From an uncultured virus (IMG/VR IMGVR_UViG_3300022074_000022) (taxonomy: Duplodnaviria > Heunggongvirae > Uroviricota > Caudoviricetes): DNA of 64,000 nt. Under the pieces are notes generated by a model, which did no database searches, was not told the DNA's origin, and saw only the letters and a program-made list of their open reading frames with translations. Of this stretch, positions 53,254 to 63,852 are shown one piece after another. Made by a program: the position numbers and the translations under genes. Each line of letters begins with the position of its first letter. Position 1 is the stretch's first letter. The stretch is taken from IMG/VR virus record IMGVR_UViG_3300022074_000022. One strand, 5' to 3'.

Positions 53254-53350
53254 ATTATACTCCTCCCTCAATATTCGTGTCAATACAAAAATGTCATTGA
53301 CGCATCTCTTACTGTACTGTAACGTGTATGAGATTTCAACATTTGTGAGG

Positions 53351-54148
53351 ATGAAAACTGTGAGTCACTCTTGGCTTGTCGGCTATGTCGAATCACTCGC
53401 CATAACTCCGATGACACAGTATCGATCCGACTGCCCAGTCTGTGATGCGAAGGGAACATTCAGTGTCTCCGATACAGGAACGATGCGTTTGTTTCATTGC
53501 TTTCACGCAGACTGCGGCGTGCGTGGTCGAACTAACACCGTACTATCTCCTGACACAGCACTTGAAGTGTTCAAAAAACGACAAGAGAAAAGTGAGCCGG
53601 ATGCGCCGTTCGAAATCCCTCACACTTTCGTCAGCCTCTCTCGTAAGCTAGAGGCAGAATCGTATGTGAAGAGCGTCAATTCGTACGATGCTTACTTGCA
53701 GGGTCTAGCAGACCTGCGTTACGACTTCAAGAAGAACCGTGTCGCGTATCTGGTGAAGCACGGCGGACGAGTGGTTGACGCAGTAGGAAGGAGTATAAAT
53801 GGGAGCGTTCCTAAATGGTATCGCTACGGAAATAGCGGATACCCTTTTGTATGTGGCACACGATCCACTGCTGTTCTTGTGGAAGATTGCGCTAGTGCTT
53901 GCTGTGTTGCACCGATGCTGACGGGGGTGGCCTTGTTAGGCACGAACCTGTTGCCCCGTCACGTCGATGTCTTGAAGACTTTCGACAGAGTATTTGTGGG
54001 TCTCGACAAGGATGCAACGGACAAGGCGGTTGACATCGTTCGGGTGCTTAGAAATTATGTGCCGACTAAAATCATGGTGCTTCGCACCGACTTGAAAAAC
54101 ATGGAAGGAGAAGACTTACATGAGTTCCTACGATCCTATGTCGATTGA
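53351..54148 (+). CDS. DNA primase (unit B)
   Basis: CPVC...HCFHADC; VEDCASA, LDKDA. Confidence 0.9.
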   Translation: MKTVSHSWLVGYVESLAITPMTQYRSDCPVCDAKGTFSVSDTGTMRLFHCFHADCGVRGRTNTVLSPDTALEVFKKRQEKSEPDAPFEIPHTFVSLSRKLEAESYVKSVNSYDAYLQGLADLRYDFKKNRVAYLVKHGGRVVDAVGRSINGSVPKWYRYGNSGYPFVCGTRSTAVLVEDCASACCVAPMLTGVALLGTNLLPRHVDVLKTFDRVFVGLDKDATDKAVDIVRVLRNYVPTKIMVLRTDLKNMEGEDLHEFLRSYVD

Positions 54149-55349
54149 CAAGCAAGTTCTAGGGTTCTGCCTCACGGCTGAATTCTTTTCTAAGGTCAGC
54201 AACATCGTGACGCGAGATATGTTTATCCGCGAGATGCGTGACGTGTTCGACACGATATCTTTTTCACACACAAAGTACGCGAAAGACCTGACCGTCGGGG
54301 AGTTGTCAACACTCTTCAATGACCGTAACCCGGCTCTGCCTGACAGCAGTCGGGAACGCGCACAAGAACTTATCTTGAGTTTGGAAACGGGCAACCCCGA
54401 CAACATAGAGCTACACATAGATATCGTAAATAACTTCTGGTTGCGTGATCGCGCTCGTCAGATAGGCGAAAAGGCACTGTCAATTTTTACAGGTGAAAGC
54501 GAAGAATTTGGTGAGTTGCGTCAACTTATTGACGCGGTAGAGGACGGTCGGATTTCTGACAAGACCACATACAGTGTCGTAGATGATGACTTGATAGAGT
54601 TGCTAGATAACCACGCGGGACCTAAAGACTTCCCTTTTGAGTTTGACCTGATCCGGGAGAAGATCGACGGCTTGGATCGGGGTAACTTAGGTATCCTGTT
54701 CGCTCGTCCAGAAGTGGGGAAGACCACATTCTGTTGCTTCCTTGCCGCGTCGTACATTCGTCAGGGGTTCAAGGTAACTTACTGGGCGAATGAAGAACCG
54801 GCACCAAAGATCAAACTTCGTATGATTCAGAGTTACTTCGCCATCACGCGGGATGATATGGTGCGAGATAAGGTAGCTCTGTTGGAGCGTTACAAGACCG
54901 AGATAGCACCCTATCTCACCATACTCGACTCTGTGGGCACCTCTATGGAAGAGGTCAGTGAATACGCCAAGCTCAATCGTCCCGACATCATGTTCATGGA
55001 TCAGCTAGATAAGTTTCGCATCGGTGGTGAATACAACCGTGGCGACGAGCGTCTCAAGGAGACATACGTTCTCGCCCGTGAGATAGCTAAGCGTAACGAC
55101 TTACTTGTGTGGGCTGTCAGTCAAGCGTCGAATGACGCACATGACCGTCAATTTATTGACTACTCTATGATGGACAACTCGAAGACTGGTAAGGCGGGTG
55201 AAGCAGATATAATCTTCGGTATCGGTAAGACGGGTTCTAGTGACACAGCCAACATCATACGTCATCTGTGTATATCGAAGAACAAGCTCAACGGCTGGCA
55301 CGGCATGATAAACTCTCAGATCGACATAGATCGCGGAGTTTATTATTAG
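54120..55349 (+). CDS. DnaB-like helicase (unit B)
   Basis: ARPEVGKTT; same length (409 aa) as unit A. Confidence 0.93.
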   Translation: MSSYDPMSIDKQVLGFCLTAEFFSKVSNIVTRDMFIREMRDVFDTISFSHTKYAKDLTVGELSTLFNDRNPALPDSSRERAQELILSLETGNPDNIELHIDIVNNFWLRDRARQIGEKALSIFTGESEEFGELRQLIDAVEDGRISDKTTYSVVDDDLIELLDNHAGPKDFPFEFDLIREKIDGLDRGNLGILFARPEVGKTTFCCFLAASYIRQGFKVTYWANEEPAPKIKLRMIQSYFAITRDDMVRDKVALLERYKTEIAPYLTILDSVGTSMEEVSEYAKLNRPDIMFMDQLDKFRIGGEYNRGDERLKETYVLAREIAKRNDLLVWAVSQASNDAHDRQFIDYSMMDNSKTGKAGEADIIFGIGKTGSSDTANIIRHLCISKNKLNGWHGMINSQIDIDRGVYY

Positions 55350-55621
55350 TGTATTCTGCTTACAAACAACAGCGTCGGAAGCACTGGTTAAATCTTTACA
55401 AGATGAAGAAGCGGTGTCAGAAGTGTGGTTACAACGCCAACCCGTATGCCCTACACTTCGATCACGTTATCTTCCCTAAGTTCATGTCGATATCTAAGAT
55501 GACGAAAAAATATAAATTGACACGGCTGTTCGAGGAGATACGGAAGTGTCAAGTCTTGTGTGCTAACTGTCACGCTGTTAAGTCTTGCACGGACGAGAGG
55601 AGTAAACATGACTACGAGTGA
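55349..55621 (+). CDS. HNH endonuclease (unit B only)
   Basis: CQKCG...LHFDHV...KCQVLCANCH. Confidence 0.85.
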   Translation: MYSAYKQQRRKHWLNLYKMKKRCQKCGYNANPYALHFDHVIFPKFMSISKMTKKYKLTRLFEEIRKCQVLCANCHAVKSCTDERSKHDYE

Positions 55622-56204
55622 CATGAATGTCATCACGTTCGACGTGGAGACGACACACATCGAAAAATCGAGTGGCGGAACTACAGCACTGCCGTACTTT
55701 GGCAATCATCTAGTGTCTATAGGTTATAAGCCTTTGCGAGCTAGTGTAGTGTATGACTGCTACTATCACTCTACAGAAGAGCAAACAGAGGGTGCTTATC
55801 ATCGCTTTCAGGCCATCCTCGACGAGTGCGACGTCTTGATAGGCCACAACATTAAGTTCGACTTGCAGTGGATACGGGCCTGTGGTTTTGAGTACGAGGG
55901 AGATATCTATGATACGATGGTTGCAGAGTATATTCTATCGCGAGGACAGGGCTGGCCTCTTGACCTATCTTCTGTTGCAAGGAAGTATGGTGGAGTGCAG
56001 AAGGAGAAAGACTTGGTTCAGCCGTATCTTGATGCCGGTCACACGTTTTATGAGATACCGTGGGAGATTGTGAAAGAGTATGGTGAGATTGACGTCATAG
56101 CCACAGAGCAAGTTGCTGTGAGTCAACTCGAAGAATTCGAAACTACATTTGAGGAGATATACCGTGTCAAAGAGCCTAGTGCCCACGTTGAAGCTGTCGC
56201 TTGA
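55608..56204 (+). CDS. 3'-5' exonuclease subunit of split PolA (unit B)
   Basis: DVET, GHNIKFD, YGEIDV. Confidence 0.9.
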   Translation: MTTSDMNVITFDVETTHIEKSSGGTTALPYFGNHLVSIGYKPLRASVVYDCYYHSTEEQTEGAYHRFQAILDECDVLIGHNIKFDLQWIRACGFEYEGDIYDTMVAEYILSRGQGWPLDLSSVARKYGGVQKEKDLVQPYLDAGHTFYEIPWEIVKEYGEIDVIATEQVAVSQLEEFETTFEEIYRVKEPSAHVEAVA

Positions 56205-57699
56205 GATGACGAATGTTTTGTCTCGCGTAGAGCGGAACGGACTGCGTATAAATCTTGATACCCTAGAGCAGATCAGGGAAGAGTACACCCGCGAGATGGA
56301 GGAGCTAGAAGAGCGCCTCAATGACATGGCACGAGAAGCTATGGGGGACACGCCTGTGAGCTTGACTAGCCCTGATGACCGCTCGATGCTTCTCTACTCT
56401 CGTAAGGTAAAAGATAAGAAGGAGTGGCGTCGCGTGTTTAACTTGGGCATGGAGCAGCGAGGCGCTACGATGAAACCGAAACAGCGCACACGCATGTCAC
56501 GGGGCGAGTTCAATCAGACTGTGCGTCGGATGACGGACGTCATGTACAAGACACGGGGCGAGCAGTGTCCTAAGTGTGGTGGCTTTGGGCGTGTGTCACC
56601 CACGAAGAAAGACGGCACCCCCGGAAAGGCAATTCGTATCTGTAAGACGTGCGGCGGCACAGGTATACTTTATGTGCCTAGCAATACAGTTGCAGGGTTC
56701 AAGCTGGTGCCTACAGACTCTTATGACGTGGCTACCGCCGGTTTCAAGACAGACAAGAACACACTAGAGATGCGTTCGTCTGACTTGTCAGGTGATGCTT
56801 TGGAATTCGTAACGGCCTACACGCGCTACAATGCTCTTCGCACATATCTCAGCACGTTCGTAGAGGGAATTAAGAATAATGTGGACAAGAAAGAAATCAT
56901 CCATCCGGAATTCATGCAGTGTGTTACGGCGACGGGTCGCCTTTCGAGTCGAAATCCTAATTTTCAAAATATGCCGCGTGGAAATACCTTCGAGATACGG
57001 AAGGTTGTCGAGAGCCGCTTCGAGGATGGCCTCATCGTTGAGGGAGATTACTCACAACTTGAGTTCCGTGTGGCGGGATTTCTAGCGAAGGATGCACAGG
57101 CTTACCTCGACGTCGAAGAAGGCACGGACGTTCACAGTTACACCGCTAGCGTTATAGGCTGCACACGGCAACAAGCCAAAGCTCACACGTTCAAGCCTCT
57201 GTACGGTGGTGTCAGCGGCACAGAGTCCCAGAGACGTTACTACTCCGCCTTCAAGGAAAAGTATGAGGGTGTCACCGAGTGGCACGATAGGCTGCAACGT
57301 GAGGCAGTTGAGAAGAGGTACATCACTCTGCCGTCCGGGCGACAGTACGCTTTTCCTAACGCTCGGTGGACTCACTATGGGACGGCGGTAGGACGCACTA
57401 ACATCTGCAACTATCCGGTGCAGGGCTTTGCCACGGCTGACTTGCTACCGGCAGCGCTCGTCCGTCTAGATAAATTATTTCGTGCTGCGGACTTACGATC
57501 TATCATCTGTAACACCGTACACGATTCGATTGTTATAGACGTGCATCCACAAGAAAAAGACGTATGTATCAAGCTCATGCGTGAGGCTATGCTGTCACTT
57601 CCACGAGAAACTATGGAGCGTTACGGCTTTCGATACGACATGCCGGTTGGTATCGAACTAAAGATAGGTAAAAACTGGCTTGACTTACACGACGTTTAG
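56164..57699 (+). CDS. Family A DNA polymerase subunit with DnaJ-type zinc finger (unit B)
   Basis: Motifs A/B/C; CPKCGGFG, CKTCGGTG; GAGGAG before GTG. Confidence 0.95.
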   Translation: MSKSLVPTLKLSLEMTNVLSRVERNGLRINLDTLEQIREEYTREMEELEERLNDMAREAMGDTPVSLTSPDDRSMLLYSRKVKDKKEWRRVFNLGMEQRGATMKPKQRTRMSRGEFNQTVRRMTDVMYKTRGEQCPKCGGFGRVSPTKKDGTPGKAIRICKTCGGTGILYVPSNTVAGFKLVPTDSYDVATAGFKTDKNTLEMRSSDLSGDALEFVTAYTRYNALRTYLSTFVEGIKNNVDKKEIIHPEFMQCVTATGRLSSRNPNFQNMPRGNTFEIRKVVESRFEDGLIVEGDYSQLEFRVAGFLAKDAQAYLDVEEGTDVHSYTASVIGCTRQQAKAHTFKPLYGGVSGTESQRRYYSAFKEKYEGVTEWHDRLQREAVEKRYITLPSGRQYAFPNARWTHYGTAVGRTNICNYPVQGFATADLLPAALVRLDKLFRAADLRSIICNTVHDSIVIDVHPQEKDVCIKLMREAMLSLPRETMERYGFRYDMPVGIELKIGKNWLDLHDV

Positions 57700-57742
57700 A
57701 TGTAAGATCATTCTACAACCCCTGAACAAAGGAGTATCAGGA

Positions 57743-58615
57743 ATGTTAGGGACAAATATGGTAAATGTTTCGAACGAACTCGATCAGATCGCCGCAGCGT
57801 TTAATAGCGATGATACTGAAAAACTTATGGAACTTACCGGACAAGGCTCCGGTGGTTCTGAGAAGAGCGGTCCTCCACGCTTGAGCATCAACTATGATGT
57901 GGCTACGGAAGACGGCACACCTCTCACTCGCGGTGATTGGAAGATGTATGTCGATGGCCGCTTTATCTTTGCGTCGGAGGTAGTTCTCCGTCCGCTTCTC
58001 CGCATGTTCGAATATAGCGTGTGGGACAACGAGGCTAATGACGGACGTGGCGGGTTCTCCTGCAAGTCAGTCCAGAAGCCTACGTTTTCGGGTGAGTTTC
58101 CTGACACGACGGGTGGCAACAAGTGTGGTCGCCTGTCGCGTGAGGAAGAGGAGAGTCTCGACAAGAACGATCCTCGTCTTTTGGAGTCTCGCTCTGTCGT
58201 ATGTAATCAAGTCATCTACGGACGCATCAGCGGTGACTTCAAAGATGCAGAGGGCAACAATGTTCGTCTGAGTGATGAACCAGTGATTTCGTACTTCAAG
58301 AAGTCTGGCTTCTTGCCCATCTCGAACTTCATCAATGGTCTGGCGAAGCAGCGTAAGCTCATGGCACACTCTGAGATTATGTTGCGTACCGAGAAGCAGA
58401 AGAAGGGTTCAGTGACTTACTGGACTCCACTCCCGACGCTTCACGGGACTACGACTATTAGTGAAGCGGATAAGGAGCTTTTCGGTATGTTCCGTGACAT
58501 GATCGAAAAGCATAACAACGGTGTCATGGCATCCCACAGGGAAGCTACGAAACTGATAGTCGAAAGTAGCGACGCTGATTTGGCATCGGACTTCGATGAT
58601 GCTAACGCTTCTTAG
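57743..58615 (+). CDS. Putative SSB (unit B)
   Basis: Homolog of 7057-7926. Confidence 0.6.
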   Translation: MLGTNMVNVSNELDQIAAAFNSDDTEKLMELTGQGSGGSEKSGPPRLSINYDVATEDGTPLTRGDWKMYVDGRFIFASEVVLRPLLRMFEYSVWDNEANDGRGGFSCKSVQKPTFSGEFPDTTGGNKCGRLSREEEESLDKNDPRLLESRSVVCNQVIYGRISGDFKDAEGNNVRLSDEPVISYFKKSGFLPISNFINGLAKQRKLMAHSEIMLRTEKQKKGSVTYWTPLPTLHGTTTISEADKELFGMFRDMIEKHNNGVMASHREATKLIVESSDADLASDFDDANAS

Positions 58616-59489
58616 AATCCAAGACTTCATGTCGCAAGCTGTGCAGGGGGACACTAACGTCTCCCTGTCCAGCCTTGATGCGTTCGTTGAAGAGTGTAAG
58701 GAAGCAGCAAAACGTCAACTCTCTCGTGAAAAAGGCGACTGGCGCATACGGATGTCAGGCATAGGCAGACCTGTATGTCAGCAAATTCTTGACAAGCGAG
58801 GCATCAAAGAAGAGATGGAATATAATTCTATGTTCCGTTTTCTTTTTGGAGACTTCACTGAATCTATCCTCATGCTTGTTATGCGAGAGGCCGGTGTTGA
58901 TATTGTAGACTATCAAAAATCTGTAGAGCTTGACATAGCTGGTCACAAGGTCAAAGGAACCTTAGACGTTATCATACGTGATGAGGTGGGTATAGAGAAG
59001 GTGTGGGATATCAAGTCCGCTAGCGACTGGGCTTTCAAAAACAAGTTCACAAACTACGGCGGGTATGAGAAGATGAAAGAGGATGATCCCTTCGGTTATC
59101 TGATGCAGGGATTTTTATACTCTGAGGCGTCTGGCCTTCCCTTCGGTGGGTGGATTGTAGTGAATAAGTCTAGCGGAGAAGTGGCTGTCGTCGAGGCAGC
59201 GGACTGGTCCGGTGAAGATAAAAAACACTACTTACAGCTTGCTGAAAACAGAATTCAAATTCTCGTTCAAGACAATCCAGAATTCGTAAGAATAAAAGAT
59301 GTATTTGAGACGCACAAAAAAGACGGCACGGTAGTACGCACAGGTAATAAGGTTCTAACCAGACAGTGTCAGCTTTGTGGTTTTAGGAAACACTGCTGGC
59401 CTGACGCACAGCTTCATGCTCGTGTTACATCCCGCGCCAAAAGTCCCCCTCTTGAGTGGTACTCTAAGTTGAAGATAAAGGAAATGTAA
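58596..59489 (+). CDS. PD-(D/E)XK exonuclease (unit B)
   Basis: GTLDV...WDIKSAS. Confidence 0.85.
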   Translation: MMLTLLRIQDFMSQAVQGDTNVSLSSLDAFVEECKEAAKRQLSREKGDWRIRMSGIGRPVCQQILDKRGIKEEMEYNSMFRFLFGDFTESILMLVMREAGVDIVDYQKSVELDIAGHKVKGTLDVIIRDEVGIEKVWDIKSASDWAFKNKFTNYGGYEKMKEDDPFGYLMQGFLYSEASGLPFGGWIVVNKSSGEVAVVEAADWSGEDKKHYLQLAENRIQILVQDNPEFVRIKDVFETHKKDGTVVRTGNKVLTRQCQLCGFRKHCWPDAQLHARVTSRAKSPPLEWYSKLKIKEM

Positions 59490-59869
59490 TGTCTTTCCTG
59501 TTTATCAACAACTACGATACAGAGCTTCTTGAGATGAACCCGGAAGCTCATCATCTTTATATAGAGTCTCATGTTCAGTTCGGTGGCGAAAGAAAAGTGC
59601 GTCAGTTACGAAACAGTGACAGAGGCTTGCCCCTCACTCTGCGTGATAACTACAGCGACTTAGGTGCGCTATCCTCAAAGACAGAACAGAGAGATATTGT
59701 AGCTGTAGAATCTGAGCTACAAGAAATCGGAGCCGCTTCGAGACGAGGTGTTATTGTATGCGTTCCCCTGACCCCGTTAATCGGAGAGCTTTCAGCTATA
59801 GAAAAACTATCCCCAAAGCTAGGAATGTACGTTCTGCAAAGAATGGCGTCGATAGGAATGAGGCTATGA
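59489..59869 (+). CDS. Conserved hypothetical protein (unit B)
   Basis: Homolog of 8808-9188. Confidence 0.75.
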   Translation: MSFLFINNYDTELLEMNPEAHHLYIESHVQFGGERKVRQLRNSDRGLPLTLRDNYSDLGALSSKTEQRDIVAVESELQEIGAASRRGVIVCVPLTPLIGELSAIEKLSPKLGMYVLQRMASIGMRL

Positions 59870-60255
59870 AAAAAAGTTCTGCACAAAAAGCAGGATACAG
59901 ATCAGCCTTCGAGTTGAACTTAGCTAAGTCTCTTGCTAACAACAATGTTTCTTTTGAATACGAATCTGAGAAACTATCTTATGTTCCCAAGCCTCGTGTG
60001 TACACTCCTGACTTTTACTTGCCGGATCACAGCGTATATATCGAAGCGAAAGGGTACTTCGACAAGAGCGACAGAGTGAAGATGCAGCTTATCAAAGAAC
60101 AGTATCCTGACCTTGATATACGAATCGTATTTTTGAATGCTCGAAACAAGATTTACAAGGGGAGCAAAACCTCATATGGTGACTGGGCAACCCGGCACAA
60201 CTTTGAGTGGGCAGAGAAAAACATACCCGCAGATTGGTACAAAGAAGATGGATGA
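59866..60255 (+). CDS. Endonuclease I-like resolvase (unit B)
   Basis: YRSAFE, YTPDF, EAKG. Confidence 0.9.
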   Translation: MKKSSAQKAGYRSAFELNLAKSLANNNVSFEYESEKLSYVPKPRVYTPDFYLPDHSVYIEAKGYFDKSDRVKMQLIKEQYPDLDIRIVFLNARNKIYKGSKTSYGDWATRHNFEWAEKNIPADWYKEDG

Positions 60256-60571
60256 ACTTGAAATACAGGCGACGATGGAAAAGATGTCGCTTCTACCTGA
60301 CAGGTACTACATCATACTAACACCATCAGGTGAGGGAGAGTTCCGTCTCACCGCGTATGATACGACTGACAATGAATACGAGACGGACGAAGATTTTAAC
60401 GCTGCTTTCATAGTGCAAGAAGGTGTTCTCGCTATGATAAGAGATAAGACCGACGAGATATTCACTGAAGGTGTACACGCTATTCAGGGACAGCTTCTAG
60501 ACGAAGATAAAACCCTGATAGAGAGCATCTCAGAGAATGTAGTGAAAGTAGACTTTGGGAAGAAGCAATGA
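60248..60571 (+). CDS. Conserved acidic protein (unit B)
   Basis: Homolog of 9562-9924. Confidence 0.75.
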   Translation: MDELEIQATMEKMSLLPDRYYIILTPSGEGEFRLTAYDTTDNEYETDEDFNAAFIVQEGVLAMIRDKTDEIFTEGVHAIQGQLLDEDKTLIESISENVVKVDFGKKQ

Positions 60572-60903
60572 TCAAGAACAACTGGAACTTGAATAACTAT
60601 CAGATGCAAGCTCGTAAGTTCGCTATCTATCCAGAGCGCACAAAGATCATCTATCCTGCACTGGGCCTCGCTGGAGAGGGCGGAGAAGTTGCCGACAAGG
60701 TAAAGAAGATTTATCGAGACGGGCGGGATGACGCGAAATTCAAGGGAGAGATCGCGAAAGAGATAGGGGACGTTCTCTGGTATTGTGCGATGCTTGCGGA
60801 AGACTTAGGATTTTCTCTGCAACAGGTTGCGGAGATGAATATCTACAAGTTGCAGCAGCGTAAAGCTCTTGGTACTATTGTCGGCGACGGTGACAACCGT
60901 TGA
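60568..60903 (+). CDS. mazG: MazG-like pyrophosphohydrolase (unit B)
   Basis: GEGGEVADKVKK...EIGDVLWY. Confidence 0.9.
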   Translation: MIKNNWNLNNYQMQARKFAIYPERTKIIYPALGLAGEGGEVADKVKKIYRDGRDDAKFKGEIAKEIGDVLWYCAMLAEDLGFSLQQVAEMNIYKLQQRKALGTIVGDGDNR

Positions 60904-61205
60904 GACATGAGGAGTATATGAGGAAGATGGCAGAGCAAGAAAGCATGGCGAGTATGCAGAGTGCAGCGAATTTAGCGTGGGCTAACGGTCAGGCGGACAT
61001 GGTTCACTCTCCGCCCCATTACAATCAAGCAGGAATCGAGTGTATCGATGCTATCCGCGCTGCTACTGACGGTGGGTATGAGTACTACCTACAAGGAAAT
61101 ATAATTAAATACCTGTGGCGCTATCGTTATAAGAATGGCGTTGAAGACCTAGAAAAGGCAAAATGGTATTTGGAGAAACTCATTGAGGAGACAGAGAATG
61201 AATAA
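60900..61205 (+). CDS. DUF3310 protein (unit B)
   Basis: PPHY...GNIIKYLWRY. Confidence 0.85.
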   Translation: MRHEEYMRKMAEQESMASMQSAANLAWANGQADMVHSPPHYNQAGIECIDAIRAATDGGYEYYLQGNIIKYLWRYRYKNGVEDLEKAKWYLEKLIEETENE

Positions 61206-63126
61206 TATGTTACCTACACCCTATCAGCAGTTTATACATAAGTCACGATACGCACGCTGGCTTGACGACGAGCAGCGCCGTGAGAACTGGGATGAAACTG
61301 TGTTCCGTTACACGGACTTCATGCGTAATCATGTGAAGGACAAGCACAACTTTGAACTGCCGGAGACTGACCTGTTTGAAATCGAACAGGCTATCATTGG
61401 TCAAGAGATCATGCCGTCGATGCGTGCGATGATGACTGCGGGTCCGGCTCTCGCTCGTGACAATATCTGTGGTTACAACTGTAGTTACATACCTGTTGAC
61501 AGTCCTCGTGCTTTCGACGAGTGCATGTATATTCTGATGTGCGGCACAGGTGTGGGCTTCTCTGTTGAACGTGAGAACGTAGACAAGCTGCCTGTCGTCA
61601 GTGACGCGATGCACGACACGGATACCGTGATCAAAGTTGGTGACTCGAAGCCGGGGTGGGCCAAATCTCTCCGAGAACTCATCGGTCTTCTCTACGTAGG
61701 TCAAGTACCGAAGTGGGACTTGTCAGAGGTACGCGCGTCCGGCGAACGCCTCAAGACTATGGGTGGCCGTGCATCTGGTCCGGGTCCGCTCGACGATCTG
61801 TTCAAGTTCACTGTCGAACTGTTCCGTAAGGCTCAGGGCCGTCGCCTCTTCCCGATTGAGTGTCACGACCTGATGTGCAAGATCGGTGAGATTGTCGTGG
61901 TGGGTGGCGTACGTCGCTCTGCCCTCATCTCCCTGTCGAACCTCAACGACGATCAGATGGCACATGCCAAGTCAGGTGCGTGGTGGGAGAACGAGGGACA
62001 GCGTGCCCTCGCTAATAACTCCGTCTCCTACAAAGGCAAGCCTGAGATGGGAACCTTCTTGCGTGAGTGGCTTTCCCTCTACGACTCAAAGTCTGGAGAG
62101 CGTGGTATCTTCAATCGTGAAGCAGCGGACAAACAGGTAGCTCGTAACGGGCGTCGTGAGGCAGGACATATGTGGGGCACGAATCCCTGTTCAGAAATTA
62201 TCTTGCGCCCGTATCAATTCTGTAATCTGTCAGAAGTCGTTGTCCGTGAGAGCGACACACTTGAAGACTTGAAACGAAAAGTCCGTCTTGCTACGATACT
62301 GGGTACTATTCAATCAACTCTAACTGACTTCAAGTATCTGAGGAAGGTATGGAAAAGCAACACGGAAGAAGAACGCTTGTTGGGTGTATCCTTGACTGGT
62401 GTCATGGATCACTCCGTGCTATCAAAGACCGTAGACTCCCCTCGCTGGCTCGAAGAGATGCGCGACGTCGCCGTCACTACAAATCAGAAATATGCAAGTT
62501 TGCTGAGAATCCCCACAAGCGCTGCTATTACGTGTGTCAAGCCGTCGGGTACTGTGTCTCAGTTGGTAGACGCAGCAAGCGGTATCCACGCTAGACATAA
62601 TGATTACTACATCCGCACGGTTCGTGGTGACAACAAAGACCCGCTCACCAAGTTTCTCAAGGAACAGGGTGTGTACTCTGAGTCGTGTGTGATGAAGCCG
62701 GATTCTGTGACTGTGTTTTCATTCGCTATGAAATCACCTGAGTCTGCGGTGATACGCACACAGATGACAGCCATTGAGCAGCTAGAGTTGTGGAAGACGT
62801 ATGCGATTCACTGGTGTGAACACAAGCCGTCTGTTACTATCACCGTGAAAGAACACGAGTGGATGGAAGTCGGAGCGTGGGTGTATGAAAACTTCGACGT
62901 AGCATCTGGTGTTTCATTCCTCCCGCATTCTGATCACACGTACCAGCAAGCGCCGTATCAAGATATCGAACGTGAAGATTATCTTGAGTGGCAGCAAGAG
63001 CGTGGAAAATTAGAGATAGACTGGGCTGCACTTTCTGTGTACGAAAAAGAAGATAACACTTCCGGTTCACGCGAGCTTGCGTGTACGTCGGGTGTGTGTG
63101 AAGTAGTAGACCTCAATGCTGCTTAA
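61198..63126 (+). CDS. nrdJ: Class II ribonucleotide reductase (unit B)
   Basis: TNPCSEI, KPSGT, CTSGVCE. Confidence 0.92.
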   Translation: MNNMLPTPYQQFIHKSRYARWLDDEQRRENWDETVFRYTDFMRNHVKDKHNFELPETDLFEIEQAIIGQEIMPSMRAMMTAGPALARDNICGYNCSYIPVDSPRAFDECMYILMCGTGVGFSVERENVDKLPVVSDAMHDTDTVIKVGDSKPGWAKSLRELIGLLYVGQVPKWDLSEVRASGERLKTMGGRASGPGPLDDLFKFTVELFRKAQGRRLFPIECHDLMCKIGEIVVVGGVRRSALISLSNLNDDQMAHAKSGAWWENEGQRALANNSVSYKGKPEMGTFLREWLSLYDSKSGERGIFNREAADKQVARNGRREAGHMWGTNPCSEIILRPYQFCNLSEVVVRESDTLEDLKRKVRLATILGTIQSTLTDFKYLRKVWKSNTEEERLLGVSLTGVMDHSVLSKTVDSPRWLEEMRDVAVTTNQKYASLLRIPTSAAITCVKPSGTVSQLVDAASGIHARHNDYYIRTVRGDNKDPLTKFLKEQGVYSESCVMKPDSVTVFSFAMKSPESAVIRTQMTAIEQLELWKTYAIHWCEHKPSVTITVKEHEWMEVGAWVYENFDVASGVSFLPHSDHTYQQAPYQDIEREDYLEWQQERGKLEIDWAALSVYEKEDNTSGSRELACTSGVCEVVDLNAA

Positions 63127-63251
63127 TACCGTAACTGAAACTCAAGAAAAAGGAGAGTAGTGATGCTTTTACTAGCTGGACCGTTCATCATCAAGTTCGC
63201 TTGGGCCGTCGCAATTATTGACGCTGGCGCATCCGCAGCAGGAATGAAATA

Positions 63252-63410
63252 GTGAAAAAGAAGACAGAGGCCAAAGATAGCAGGCCCGTCTGGAAGCGGG
63301 GAAAAGACTGGATACAGTTTAGTCCTCCCCGCAACCACCCCACTCATGAAGAATGGAGAAAGATCGTTGATCGAAGTAAAGATAACGCCTCACCTGATAG
63401 AGAGAGCTAA
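63252..63410 (+). CDS. 52-aa conserved protein (unit B; not in ORF track)
   Basis: Homolog of 12611-12760. Confidence 0.72.
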   Translation: MKKKTEAKDSRPVWKRGKDWIQFSPPRNHPTHEEWRKIVDRSKDNASPDRES

Positions 63411-63852
63411 AAAGAAAACTGCCACTGTAGGCGTCCTACAGGGCAGCATCACGGGCAGTAGAAGTCATGTGGTAGGGGCTATAGGCGAGCTTATCGTAGC
63501 AGACGCTACGGGCGCTCTAGAGGCGAATAACAGGGACTACGATCTTTTGCTGGGCGAAAAGCGCATCGACGTGAAAACGAAGCGCTGCAATACCAAGCCG
63601 AAAGATTACTACGACTGCTCTATCGCTGCACACGGCACTAAGCAAGATTGTGATTCATATATCTTTGTTCGCATCACAACGAATATGGATCGTGCGTGGA
63701 TTCTTGGAGAAGTCGATAAGAAAACATTTTATAAAGATGCAGAATTTCACCGTCGGGGTGATATCGATCCGGACAACGGGTTCGTGTTCAAAGCAGACTG
63801 CTACAACCTCCCGATAAATAAGTTGAGTCCTATCTATGAAGCAAGCGGCTAA
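63367..63852 (+). CDS. Conserved phage protein (unit B)
   Basis: Homolog of 12753-13268 (IDVKTK). Confidence 0.7.
   Translation: MIEVKITPHLIERAKKKTATVGVLQGSITGSRSHVVGAIGELIVADATGALEANNRDYDLLLGEKRIDVKTKRCNTKPKDYYDCSIAAHGTKQDCDSYIFVRITTNMDRAWILGEVDKKTFYKDAEFHRRGDIDPDNGFVFKADCYNLPINKLSPIYEASG

Noticed and set aside
53120..53350. 77-aa N-terminal extension of the unit B primase
   Set aside because: Runs through the divergent promoter and an opposite-strand gene; the unit A homolog lacks it
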